Made by a program: the position numbers and the translations under genes. This document shows, one piece after another, positions 37,601-47,832 of a DNA stretch of 64,000 bases. Origin of the DNA: Ruditapes philippinarum (Eukaryota); assembly GCF_026571515.1 (NCBI RefSeq), contig NW_026859070.1:124001-188000 (forward strand), given 5' to 3'. The first letter of the stretch is position 1. Each line of letters starts with the position of its first letter. The notes beneath the pieces are model-generated. The model saw only the letters and a list, made by a program, of their open reading frames with translations. It had not been told where the DNA came from and ran no database searches.

Positions 37601-40600
37601 TTTAGTCCATGCATTTATTAATTTATCAGTGAATTCCTTTAAATGTTGTTCTAAGAATATATATGTACCTGTAAACTATTAAAGTAAATTAGGAAAAATA
37701 CCAAGGGTCCAACCGGGTTTCGAACCACAGACCTCTTGGTCCGTAGACGGACACCTCAACCACGTCGTTAAAGGGTTAATCTAACAGCAAGGCTGATGGA
37801 AGTGGCCTATATACCTACAACCACTACACTCCTCCCCTCTTTACTTTTCAGAGCTAGCCAGCTCTCCTGAATGACACTCCCTGCTTACCGCATGAGTCTG
37901 TCAAACACTTCTGACACTATTAAAGTAAATTAGGAGGCCGAAAAATACCAAGGGTCCAACCGGGTTTTGAACAACAGACCTCTTGGTCCGTAGGCGGACA
38001 CCTCAACCACATCGCTAAAGGGTTTACCCAACAACAAGGCTGTTGAAAGTGGCCTATATACCACTGCACTATATTGTGTTTGACCTTCAGAACGGCAACT
38101 ATTTCGGTAACTGAATAATTTTATGACCATTATAGTTGTAATAGGTCGTCCATTTTTATTTTAATGCTATTAGCAGTGAATGATAAGTAGTAAGCCGTAA
38201 GCAGTTGACAGTAAGCAGTTGACAGTAAGCAGTAGGCAGTCAACATTTGGCAATTCCATAGTATATTGATTCATTAATGTTCCCAAAGAAATATTGAGAT
38301 AAATATAAAAAGTTATGAAAGTATAACAATTCTGTCATAAACCTAAATCAATACACCGCATAGTTACGAATATCGATCAACAGATCAATTGGGTATTATT
38401 TAATACTTACATGTAGTAAAGCCTATCTAGTCAGATTATGAACAGGTAAAATTAAGATATAGTTCCCCCTTAGCATTAACAAGCGGTTTGCTCAGTTATG
38501 TCAAATAATAAAACAAATATACATGTATATCCAAATGTTTTTGTTGATGCATTTTGTGAGAAAGACATCCTCAAAGAGAAAGTTTGATCTCACACCTGGT
38601 CCGTGGTTGAGAACCAAATCCATCCCTTTTATCAAAAACCGTTTCTATGGCCAAACAAGGTTTTTGCCATAGACCGCGAAATACAACTTTTGTTTGCTTA
38701 CTAGGATATGTTTTCATGTGTAAATGGTATAAACTTTAAATGTTTTAACATTGAGTTCCATCTGTTACTTTCCTACCAAGTGCGACATTTAGCGTCAAGG
38801 GGTTGCGACATTTAGCGGCAATCGATTTTTGTGCGACATATAGCGGCAACGTTGCGACATTTAGCGGTAGGCGATTGCGACATATAGCGTTGATTACGAC
38901 ATATAGCGTCAGCGTTGCGACATTTAGCGTTAGTTGCGACATATAGCGGCGTTGCGACATATAGCGTTGCTACATGCGTACTGTGCTATCCTGCTTTGCG
39001 TTCTGTACCAAGAGCCATTTTTAAATAGGTGTGTTCCTAAGTATTTGAAGGATTTAACAACCTCTAATTGCTGTTCACATAAAATAAAATTATGTTGTGT
39101 ATGACGGCCCCTTTCGAAAATCATTACTTTTGTTTTGTCGGTGTTTATTTTTAGGCCCCAAGTATCACAATAAGCTTCTAGTTTGCTTAGTAAATCTTGA
39201 AGTGCATTTTGAGTGTTTGCAAAAAGTACCGAATCATCGGCAAAATTCAGAACAAAATGATATTATCTGAGATATATCACAAGCAGCCGTTTATATTGGG
39301 CCATTTAACCTGTCAACAATTTTAATTAATAGTAAAATAGTTAATGGTTTTAACAACGAAAGTTTCAATTCAGAACAAAATGATATTATCTGAGATATAT
39401 CACATGCAGCCGTTTATATTGGGCCATATAACCTGTCAACAATTTTAATTAATAGTAAAATAGTTAATGGTTTTAACAACGAAAGTTTCAATTCAGAACA
39501 AAATGATATTATCTGAGATATATCACAAGCAGCCGTTTATATTGGGCCATATAACCTGTCAACAATTTTAATTAATAGTAAATTAATTAATGGTTTTAAC
39601 AACGAAAGTTTCAATTCAGAACAAAATGATATTATCTGAGATATATCACAAGCAGCCGTTTATATTGGGCCATATAACCTGTCAAAAATTTTAATTAATA
39701 GTAAAATAATTAATGGTTTTTACAACGAAAGTTTCAATTCAGAACAAAATGATATTATCTGAGATATATCACAGAATTATTATTCTATTAGAAATTATCA
39801 TGAAAGTAAGGATCATACCTTGTCTTGTATTTGAGAAGTTTTCGTCTTCGTCTCGTTATCCAACTCCACTGAATGACTAAAATTAAGAAAATCATATTTT
39901 ATCACTTTGTATTAAAAAAAATCATGTTTATTTCTTCATAACATATGTTCGTATAACCCCACCCCCCTAAAAAAATAACGAAATAAAAAATCAGTTTTTA
40001 ACATGCATTCTACATATAGTTCTAAACAAGTCGAAAAGTTTTCACATAGCAACACCTTTTTTGTGTAAACGCTACATACATGTACATGTTATTACTGTTA
40101 TCTTTTAATATATTTTCATCAAAATTTTGATCATATTAAAGGATAATGCTGAAAGTGTTTTGGCATCTCTTTGGCAATTTAAAACGCGACTATCTAAACA
40201 GCTGTGCATTAAATACATGTATATATTTGTTTTATTTATTGAAATCTGGAATTTTATTTTTTCTGCACTTTACCTGGTATGTAAAGTTGATCGACGGTAA
40301 ACACTGAGAATTCCGAACATCGAATCATCTTCATCATTGAAGTATAAGGCAGGACATTCTGAAAGTAAGATTTTCAATTTAACTTTTAAAGCTATAACAT
40401 ACAATTTTAGATAGGTATCCATCTCATTTGTGTTGTAATATCACGCGTGAAAATTCCAAAATGTTATTACAATTATATAAACATGCATGTTAACATACTA
40501 TGACTAATATATATACATGTATAATAAGTAAATGGTGCGAGTTAACATTATGATGTCTTCCATCCACCCGAAAACTACCTATTACATTCTTATCCTTAAT

Positions 40601-40645
40601 AATAATAAGAAAAAATTATTTACCTATTTTACCGCCTCTGTCCAT
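28631..40645 (-). CDS. PAK/STE20-like kinase copy A, ~358 aa, no CRIB domain seen
   Basis: Exons 40633-40645, 40274-40358, 39819-39876, 31491-31557, 30364-30427 (DPKRKY), 29337-29813 ([22 protein letters not shown]) and 28631-28943 ([16 protein letters not shown]). Total 1077 nt. The first exon is less certain. Confidence 0.88.
31746..32084. repeat. ~122-bp tandem array, left part (~2.8 units)
   Basis: Unit GCAGCCGTTTATATTGGGCCATATAACCTGTCAAC...GATATTATCTGAGATATATCAC; the array continues at 39244. Confidence 0.9.
32388..33290 (-). pseudogene. C-terminal part of LINE ORF2 (post-RT region and zinc knuckle)
   Basis: 300-aa ORF with [14 protein letters not shown] and [13 protein letters not shown] motifs typical of LINE ORF2. 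Confidence 0.85.
36244..36747 (-). CDS. Uncharacterised 167-aa ORF with an F-box-like motif, inside the TIR element
   Basis: Uninterrupted ORF in very AT-rich [20 protein letters not shown] resembles the F-box consensus, and the C-terminus is Trp-rich. Confidence 0.5.
   Translation of the reverse strand: MIMLNLGNIHKDNGLNYTDNSKLPVNNDLLTLRSLVENIRRRGHRNLRNSFIFNDLPLLVQVKIIRYCLNGNPAPRYVLNRCHLSNVVSLCDAQMPRIYISPDIMSDAPNIVSVRRLLMNFGRFTGLILEIRRIIRESRWANAWLHLRLCVDAICWFEIEDIWYRRQ
36785..38260. mobile_element. IS3EU-type non-autonomous element, 1476 bp
   Basis: TATGGAA...TTCCATA termini, perfect 6-bp TSD GTATAT (36779-36784 and 38261-38266), CAGTAAG/CTTACTG subterminal repeats, and an extra internal TIR copy at 37557-37598. 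Confidence 0.8.
37675..38062 (-). repeat. Direct duplicate of a tRNA-derived (SINE-head-like) segment
   Basis: ~140-bp units at 37675-37815 and 37916-38062, containing a B-box-like GGTTCGAAACC on the minus strand. Confidence 0.55.
39244..39773. repeat. ~122-bp tandem array, right part (~4.3 units)
   Basis: Same unit as 31746-32084. Confidence 0.9.
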
Positions 40646-42703
40646 ATTCCTAGATTACAAGAATACCACTCTAAACATTTCTGATTTTAGTTGTTCGTCC
40701 ATTAAACGTATTAATGTGTGCGGTTTAAAATCGGCTGATGCCTATCGCCTTGACGGTGTTTCTAACGAATGACGCTAACGTGACATCATAAACGCCAGAC
40801 GTCATAAACGCTTAATGGTTTCGTACTCAAACTAATTCGTTATTACATCTCATTTTGGGTTTAACAAAACAAACCTTAAACCAGGGACACATTACTTTAA
40901 CAATTGTCACAAAATAATAATATTTAAAAGCCTATTTTTGGTGAACTTTTATAGTTATAAAAAAGTCGCTCATTGCATGGCCAATTACTTGAACAATCTT
41001 TTTCACTTCTGTTTATTTATTTTTTTAATTTTTTTTTTTTTGCAATTAGTACAGTTTTAGTGATTAAGTATTAAATTTAGCCAAAATACTATTTGTTTAC
41101 ATTTTCCTACCTCTATGACAGATAATTTCATTATAAGAACTACTTTCCATTATTCCAACGTTATAACACCAATGTTTGCTCTTTCTAAAGTAGTAAAAAC
41201 TTAGTTTCTGAGACATAATATGCCTTTAAACCATTCTTTGGTTTATCTATTATTATTTTTTTAGCTGTAAAATACGACTCAGTTATAAAAATTGAACTTG
41301 TCTGACCATTATATAATTGGTTGCGATTACAGCTCAAGAAATTCCACGTGACTTAAAAGAGGAATTCTCGAATCAGATAAAATTTAATGACTGTTTATTA
41401 TTATAAACTATTAGAATTTAGGACTCCTACTCGATCAGTTGTAGTAAGTATAATATATCATTGACGATTCTACTAGTATAGGAAGATATAAAAGCATTGT
41501 CCTATACACCAAGTATGATTTAATTCATATTGTCACCATAATAATTTAATAAGATTAAAAATTACTTGCTGGAAATCGAAATCTTAAACCACCTTATTGT
41601 ATTGCTTCATGTATATACTACTATTAAATTGTCTACTACAAAAGATATCAATATATAATGCATATTTTATTCTTTTTGAAAGACCCTGCTGGTCTATCAT
41701 CGGTTTGGAAGGAAAAACAAAGTTGAAACATAAGTATGCTAAGTGGTATTTTTGGTAAATATTGCATTTTTTTACGACCTTTGCCGATATACAGGTTTGT
41801 AACAATACAAAACTGTACTATCTTCATATCTAAATTGGACCTGAAATAGCTGATTTTATAATCAAATAACCTATATCAATATGTAGACGGCAAATAAATG
41901 CCTTTACTGCTTCCGATCAATGCATTATTACGATTTTGTCCACCGAGAAAGAGCGATCGACATTTATAGTTCATTTATGGATTTTTTTAAAACTATATAT
42001 CAAATGTCCAATGAAAGAAAGAAAACGAACTACTCTATAAATATTTTTTTACATATTTGATAAACGAAAATATGTTTCATGTCTTGCGATTTAATCCCCC
42101 GCTACTTCCGGTCACTGTACAAATTTTGAGCCTACATGTATATACAAACATATATAATTATATTTTAACTTTAACCTTTCTTGCGAAAACAGGAAGTAGA
42201 GACGTGTATACACTGTTTTTGATATATACATGTTAACTATATACAAATATTTAAATACTTCATCAATACCGAGAAAAACTCGTTTAGTCTTCTTCAATTA
42301 CCGCTTAAGTTTAAATAGGGGTGCTCATTATTTCTACCCCATTTTACTTTGCATCGACCTTGTACTGGCAAACGCACAAAAATAAATAGACTGAAATAAT
42401 TATAAAGTAAATTATAATGTAGAGCCATGCATTCATAATGAATGCGATTTTGAAGTTAGCTTTCAGTGCATTGTACCTTAATATAGAATTAGTAAGTATT
42501 TTTCAGTAACGACGCAGATTGTGTATATGAAATTACCAGCTCGTTATAATCAGTGAAAATTGAATACACTGTACACGTTTTTTTTTCTGTAGGCGTCCTG
42601 TTTTATAAAAAATAATCGCTCGCAGTTTGGAATATGTTCTGTTTATATCAAATATGTGATATTTTAGAAATACTTTAAAATGTGTGTATTAACATTAATA
42701 TAT

Positions 42704-42938
42704 GAGCCGCGTCATGACAAAACTAACATAGTGCGTTTGCGACCGGCATGGATCCAGACCAGCCTGCGTATCCGCGCAGTCTGATCAGGATCCATGCTGT
42801 TCGCTTACAAACTCTATAACAAGTAGAATAACTGATAGCGAACAGCATGGATTCTGATCAGACTGCGCGGATGCGCAGGCTGGTCTGGATCCGTGCTGGT
42901 CGAAAACCCATTATGTTGGTTTTGTCGTGACGCGGCTC
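42704..42938. mobile_element. Palindromic MITE, Sola-like, 235 bp
   Basis: GAGCCG...CGGCTC termini and TSD ATAT. It is absent from the paralogous region near 50130. Confidence 0.9.
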
Positions 42939-43289
42939 ATATATTTAATCAGGCGATTTGAGTAGATAAATTTACCTCAAATGTGCGATAGCACATGGAA
43001 TATATGTCTTAAAAGTGTAACAATCTGCATTCGTAAGTATGTATTATTATTATTAACCATAATCAATTTGTATACTATGTATTATCGCTATTTTACCCAT
43101 CGATGATTTTTTTTGAAAAGAATCGTTTTCTATTTCATAGAATAGGATTTGACCCCCACCTCCGTCGGTCCCGATTAACCGGCATTACGGAAAAAACAGA
43201 CAATAACTTTATCGTCTGGCCGGACTTGATTTAAATCTACTGCTATCAAAATTGAACTATTAATCATGCCAAATTATTCAATGTGACGT

Positions 43290-43430
43290 ATCTGCTAATA
43301 TAATAGTAACGTCTGCTTTTAACGGTATAGTTGCTGATCCTCGGATAGCACCAATGATGGCCGTTCATATCAAAGATGTTCCAACAGGCGTTAAATACAC
43401 TTGTTGATTTCATGAACAATATGGCACAGT
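43290..43430 (+). pseudogene. Duplicated 3' fragment of the AADAC-like gene with a 170-bp internal deletion
   Basis: Matches 27715-27807 joined directly to 27978 onward. Confidence 0.9.
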
Positions 43431-44036
43431 TAATAGTAACGTATTTAATTACATCACTAAATATGACGTCAACGACCATACAAAAGACGAAATTCATTTT
43501 TAACAAAAATAATTTAGACTGTAGAGATCTAAGAACCAAACAATAACATTAAAACTTGTTTGTTTTTCCTTCTTTGTCTGTTTAGAAAGGTAGTTGGTAA
43601 TTTGAGCCACTCGAATCTTCTTACTGGAACTGAGCATTAATAGTGCTATATGAAGATGCGTGGTCGTGGCACCATTGGGGCTCGAACCAACAATCCTGGG
43701 TTGTGAGGAAGGCACTTACTTACAAAACTGCCTACCCATCTGTTCTAGATTCTCACCATTTTGAACATAAACTTCTTAATTTCTAAGAGCATGAATAGTG
43801 ATTTAGGCCTGCTCGGAGTCCGTACTCAATGTGTGTTAACCTAACATTAGGTTTCTAACACTTAACCTACTTTGTTCAGAATGTAAAATGGATAAAAATC
43901 ATTTCAGATAATGAGTGTTGGTAGGGTTAAAAGTCATAAACACAATAACGAATAAAGTACACTAAATTTTTTTCTATTACATGTACATACGTTTTAAAAA
44001 ATATTCATAACTATCAATTTTTAAATCATAAAGTAT

Positions 44037-47000
44037 CTAATGAGATGACAATTCACTTTTCTGAGATAATCTTGCCGTGACCAGTATTTGGTCACCATTT
44101 AAAAACGCGTGATTCAGAAGATCACTCGCCGTACCTCTGTAGCGTGCATCAACTACGAGACACGTGTCTATAAAAGATTTTAGTTCATTTGATAATTTGT
44201 TGTATTTCTTTATAGTTGGTCTACCATTTGTTTTTACAAGTTTTATAGCACGTGTTGCTTCCTCGTGTATATATGGTGGATCTCCGTCAATCATTTCTAT
44301 TAGGGTTATACCATAACTCCATATATCTATCTTATAATCATACGGTTTCCTGAAATAACGAGAACGGTAACAGTGTTAGAAATATGGCAAATGTTTGAAA
44401 ATTCTGTAACAGAACTAAATGCTTATGTTTTAACAAAGTTTTATTTATAATACTTATACATTGTACAAGATTTACCTTTAGCAAAGACGTTTTCATTGGA
44501 TAATCGTGACGTTTATGTATATACACTAATGCTGTTAGTTTTTTTTAAATAATTTTCTTTTCTTTTTTTCAAGTATAGTATTTGTGCTTTATCATATTTT
44601 TTTTAACTTATGAAGACTTTCGACAGGTTATATGACCGTGTGTATACTCGGGTTATATAAATTTACAGCCGTTAATATATATAAACCGTCTAAAATCTTT
44701 ATACACGGAGTTTTGACTTGCTAAACGGTGAATGAGATTCTAAAAATATCTTTTAATTTCTTTTCTAATACTGTTTTCCTTTAATAGTATATAAAGAATC
44801 ATAAAATAAAAAGTATATAAAGAAAAAGTTTTAAAAGTTTGCCTGAAAGTGTTTTAAAATATTTTATCAATGTCATGTAGTTACTTGTCAAGTGAATTAA
44901 TTTAAGCATTATAAATGAAAACGGAATACTTTATAAAGATATGTTTTATATATACCTAGCCACCACTTCCGGTGCCATATAGCACGGTGAGCCAACAATT
45001 TCGTTCTTCTTGGCATTTTTATCATATATGTAGCTGGTACCAAAATCCGTTATCTTTACTCTCCCATATATATCCACCAACACATTGCTGCTTTTTATAT
45101 CTCTATGAACTATGCTTTCTTTATGAAGATAGTCCAAACCTTTCACACATTGACTAGATATGAAACATATATGTCCTTCTTCTAACGCTACATTTCTTAC
45201 AATCTTCTTTAGCGAACACCCATTCACGTATTCCATGACAAGCCAGAATTTCTTTACAGCTTCCACATAAATCGCATCTAAAGCGGTGACAACATTATCA
45301 TGGTAGATCTTCTTCATTATGGTCACCTCGTTAGCCAACACAGTAAATGGTTGTTTTTTAACCTCTAATATCTTGATGGCAACCATACAACCGTTCTGCT
45401 TCGTTTTGGCTAGAATCACGTGACCGAAAGTTCTGCAAAATAGAGTATAATGTGAAACGTTGAATACATTGCAAAGAAAAGAATATTCATTTTTAAGATT
45501 TATATTCTTTATTTGAATACTGATATCAAATATGAATGCACATTTGTCACTAAGAAATGTGCGCAAAACCTTTTTGAACTACACTTGACGGCGAACCATG
45601 ACACCAACCGCACTTACAGACAAATGTTTAAGTTTTTGTCATTGAAACATTAATGCATCCCAACACCTCTTGACATTGATACATGATAACAACAGAAGAA
45701 TATATGGCCTTGACATTGATATGTCACAAAAATGGCAAAATAATAAGTTTATGATATAAATACATTATAACATCAGGAAAATGTACATGTACATATGTAT
45801 GTCCTTGACATTGATCCGTCCAACTCACAAACTATATCCTTGACATTGAAACATCACACCTATAGACATATTATACATCCTAAAAGCTGATGATCAAACA
45901 ACGTCCTTGACAATAGTAAGGCCACCCAATTGACAAAAAGATTTAAAAACAAGCATACGCTCATAAATAAAATGTGAACATAGAAATATGGTGAGACTTA
46001 CCCCGAGTCTATAAGCTTTATTGGAGAATATTTTCTTTTGGGATCATCGCCGCTTGACAGATTTCCTAAAATAGTATAACAAATAATGCAACATTATAGA
46101 ACAAGAAAAATAAAACGTGACTTAGAGACCGAGAAAATTTTAAAATAACGAACAAGATAGTATAACCTATCAAAGTTTTGAAAAATTTGAGTTTTAAGGC
46201 AAAATATCTAGTTTATTATGATCACAATAATAACGAGCATAATAATTATCGCCCAAAAAGCTAAGTTTTTAATATGCACCAAATTGTTTTAATTTTATTT
46301 CTAACCCTTAACCCGCTAAATATCCTAAATGGAAGGACAAGACCATTAATTTACACGGTACCTGTACCGCGTGACTTTTTGTGATCTGCGTGGGGCAAAA
46401 AAAACCAATACGAGAGACGGTTCAGGTTTTATTTTCTGTTATAACTTTTTTAATATGTCATTATTTTATATTGAATAAAATGCATAGCTTAAAAAGTTTC
46501 CTGGAAAAAAATTGTAAAGTGAAACCGCGTGAATATCTGCATGATTGTTCAAATACGCGGCAAAAACATCCTATGTATGTATGTTACCCACTAGACTGAT
46601 AGGGCTCAACACTTTATCCGATTAAAATAACCAAATATAAAAAAATGGAAGAAATTAAAATCTTGAGCGTCTGTTATTACGAAAATCATAAATGCCACGT
46701 GATGTAGGCATCGTAATTCATTATTTTACGGCAAATTTAAAACATGACCAAATTTACTAAGGAAAATTTACATATCATTTACTTACTTAACATTTTGTGA
46801 TATAACATGTCGATAGCTCTTGGCTGATCACGTGACTTTGACTTCCTTTGAGTAGGTGTAGATATATCCTGAAACATAAAAGATAACGTTAAAATAACAT
46901 TTTAAAATCACTTGTGTAGAAGATATTTATAAATTTCATGTTTAACAAAAGAAAAGATAAATACATTTATATATATTATCAAACATTGAATAAGATAAAG

Positions 47001-47832
47001 TAGTTTCAATTCAGAACAAAATGGTACTTTTAATTATTTATCTATTAGAAACTGATCATGAAAATAAAGGATCATACCTTGTCTTGTATTTGAGAAGTTG
47101 TCGTCTTCGTCTCGTTATCCAACTCTGCTGAATGACTAAAATTAAGAAAATCATATTTTATCATTTTGAATTAAACAAAATCATGTTTAAATTTCTTCAC
47201 AACATGTTTTCGTTTAAAACAAAACCCGACCATAACATTCATTCTACATAATTATTATAATTCTTAACAAGTCGGAAGGTTTTCACATCGCCACATATTT
47301 ATTATGTACACGCTATCTTGGTATACATTTTCATCAAAATTTTGATCATATTAAAGGATAAAAAGCTGAAAAGGTTTTGGCATGTCTTTGGCAATTTAAA
47401 AGCAGCTGTGCGTAAAATATATATTTGTTTTATTTGTTGAAATCTGGAATTATATTTTTTTCTGCACTTTACCTGGTATGTAAAGTTGATCGACGGTAAA
47501 CACTGAGAATTCCGAACATCGAATCATCTTCATCATTGTCGTATAAGGCCGGTAATTCTGAAAATAGATTTTCAGTTTTACTTTTTAAGCTATATCATAC
47601 AATATTAGTTAGGTAGTCATTTCATTTGTGTTTGAATATCACACTTGAAAAATCAAAAAGATCATTATAATTTTATATACATGAATGTTAACTTACAATG
47701 AATAATATATACATGTATAATAAGTAAATGCTGCGAGTTAACATTATGTTGTCTTCCATCCACCCGAAATCTACCTATATCATTATTTTCCTTATTAATA
47801 AAAACAATATTTCATTTACCGCCTCTGTCCAT
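44037..47832 (-). CDS. PAK/STE20-like kinase copy B, ~363 aa, no CRIB domain seen
   Basis: Exons 47820-47832, 47473-47557, 47078-47135, 46787-46868 (15 nt longer than in A), 46002-46065, 44956-45432 and 44037-44349. Total 1092 nt, open frame, same motifs as copy A. Confidence 0.88.

Larger units (their letters stand above)
33314..38974. mobile_element. TIR DNA element with TGT..ACA ends and a 5-bp TSD (Ginger-like), 5661 bp, non-autonomous
   Basis: ~205-bp near-identical TIRs (33314-33518 and 38767-38974) built of CGCTAWATGTCGCAA subrepeats. TSD TGCGT at 33309-33313 and 38975-38979. Confidence 0.88.
32085..39243 (-). mobile_element. 5'-truncated non-LTR retrotransposon (RTE-X-like), split by a 5.66-kb insertion
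   Basis: The RT frame begins FADDSVLF at ~39243 and runs through FKYLG to ...IAQYA (38975). It resumes [13 protein letters not shown] (33308) and reaches a C-terminal CCHC (ICQEC..HFLLVC), with the stop at 32388. (ATGTT)n tail at 32085-32110; TSD AATTCA. The clade assignment is from recollection of the motifs. Confidence 0.88.
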
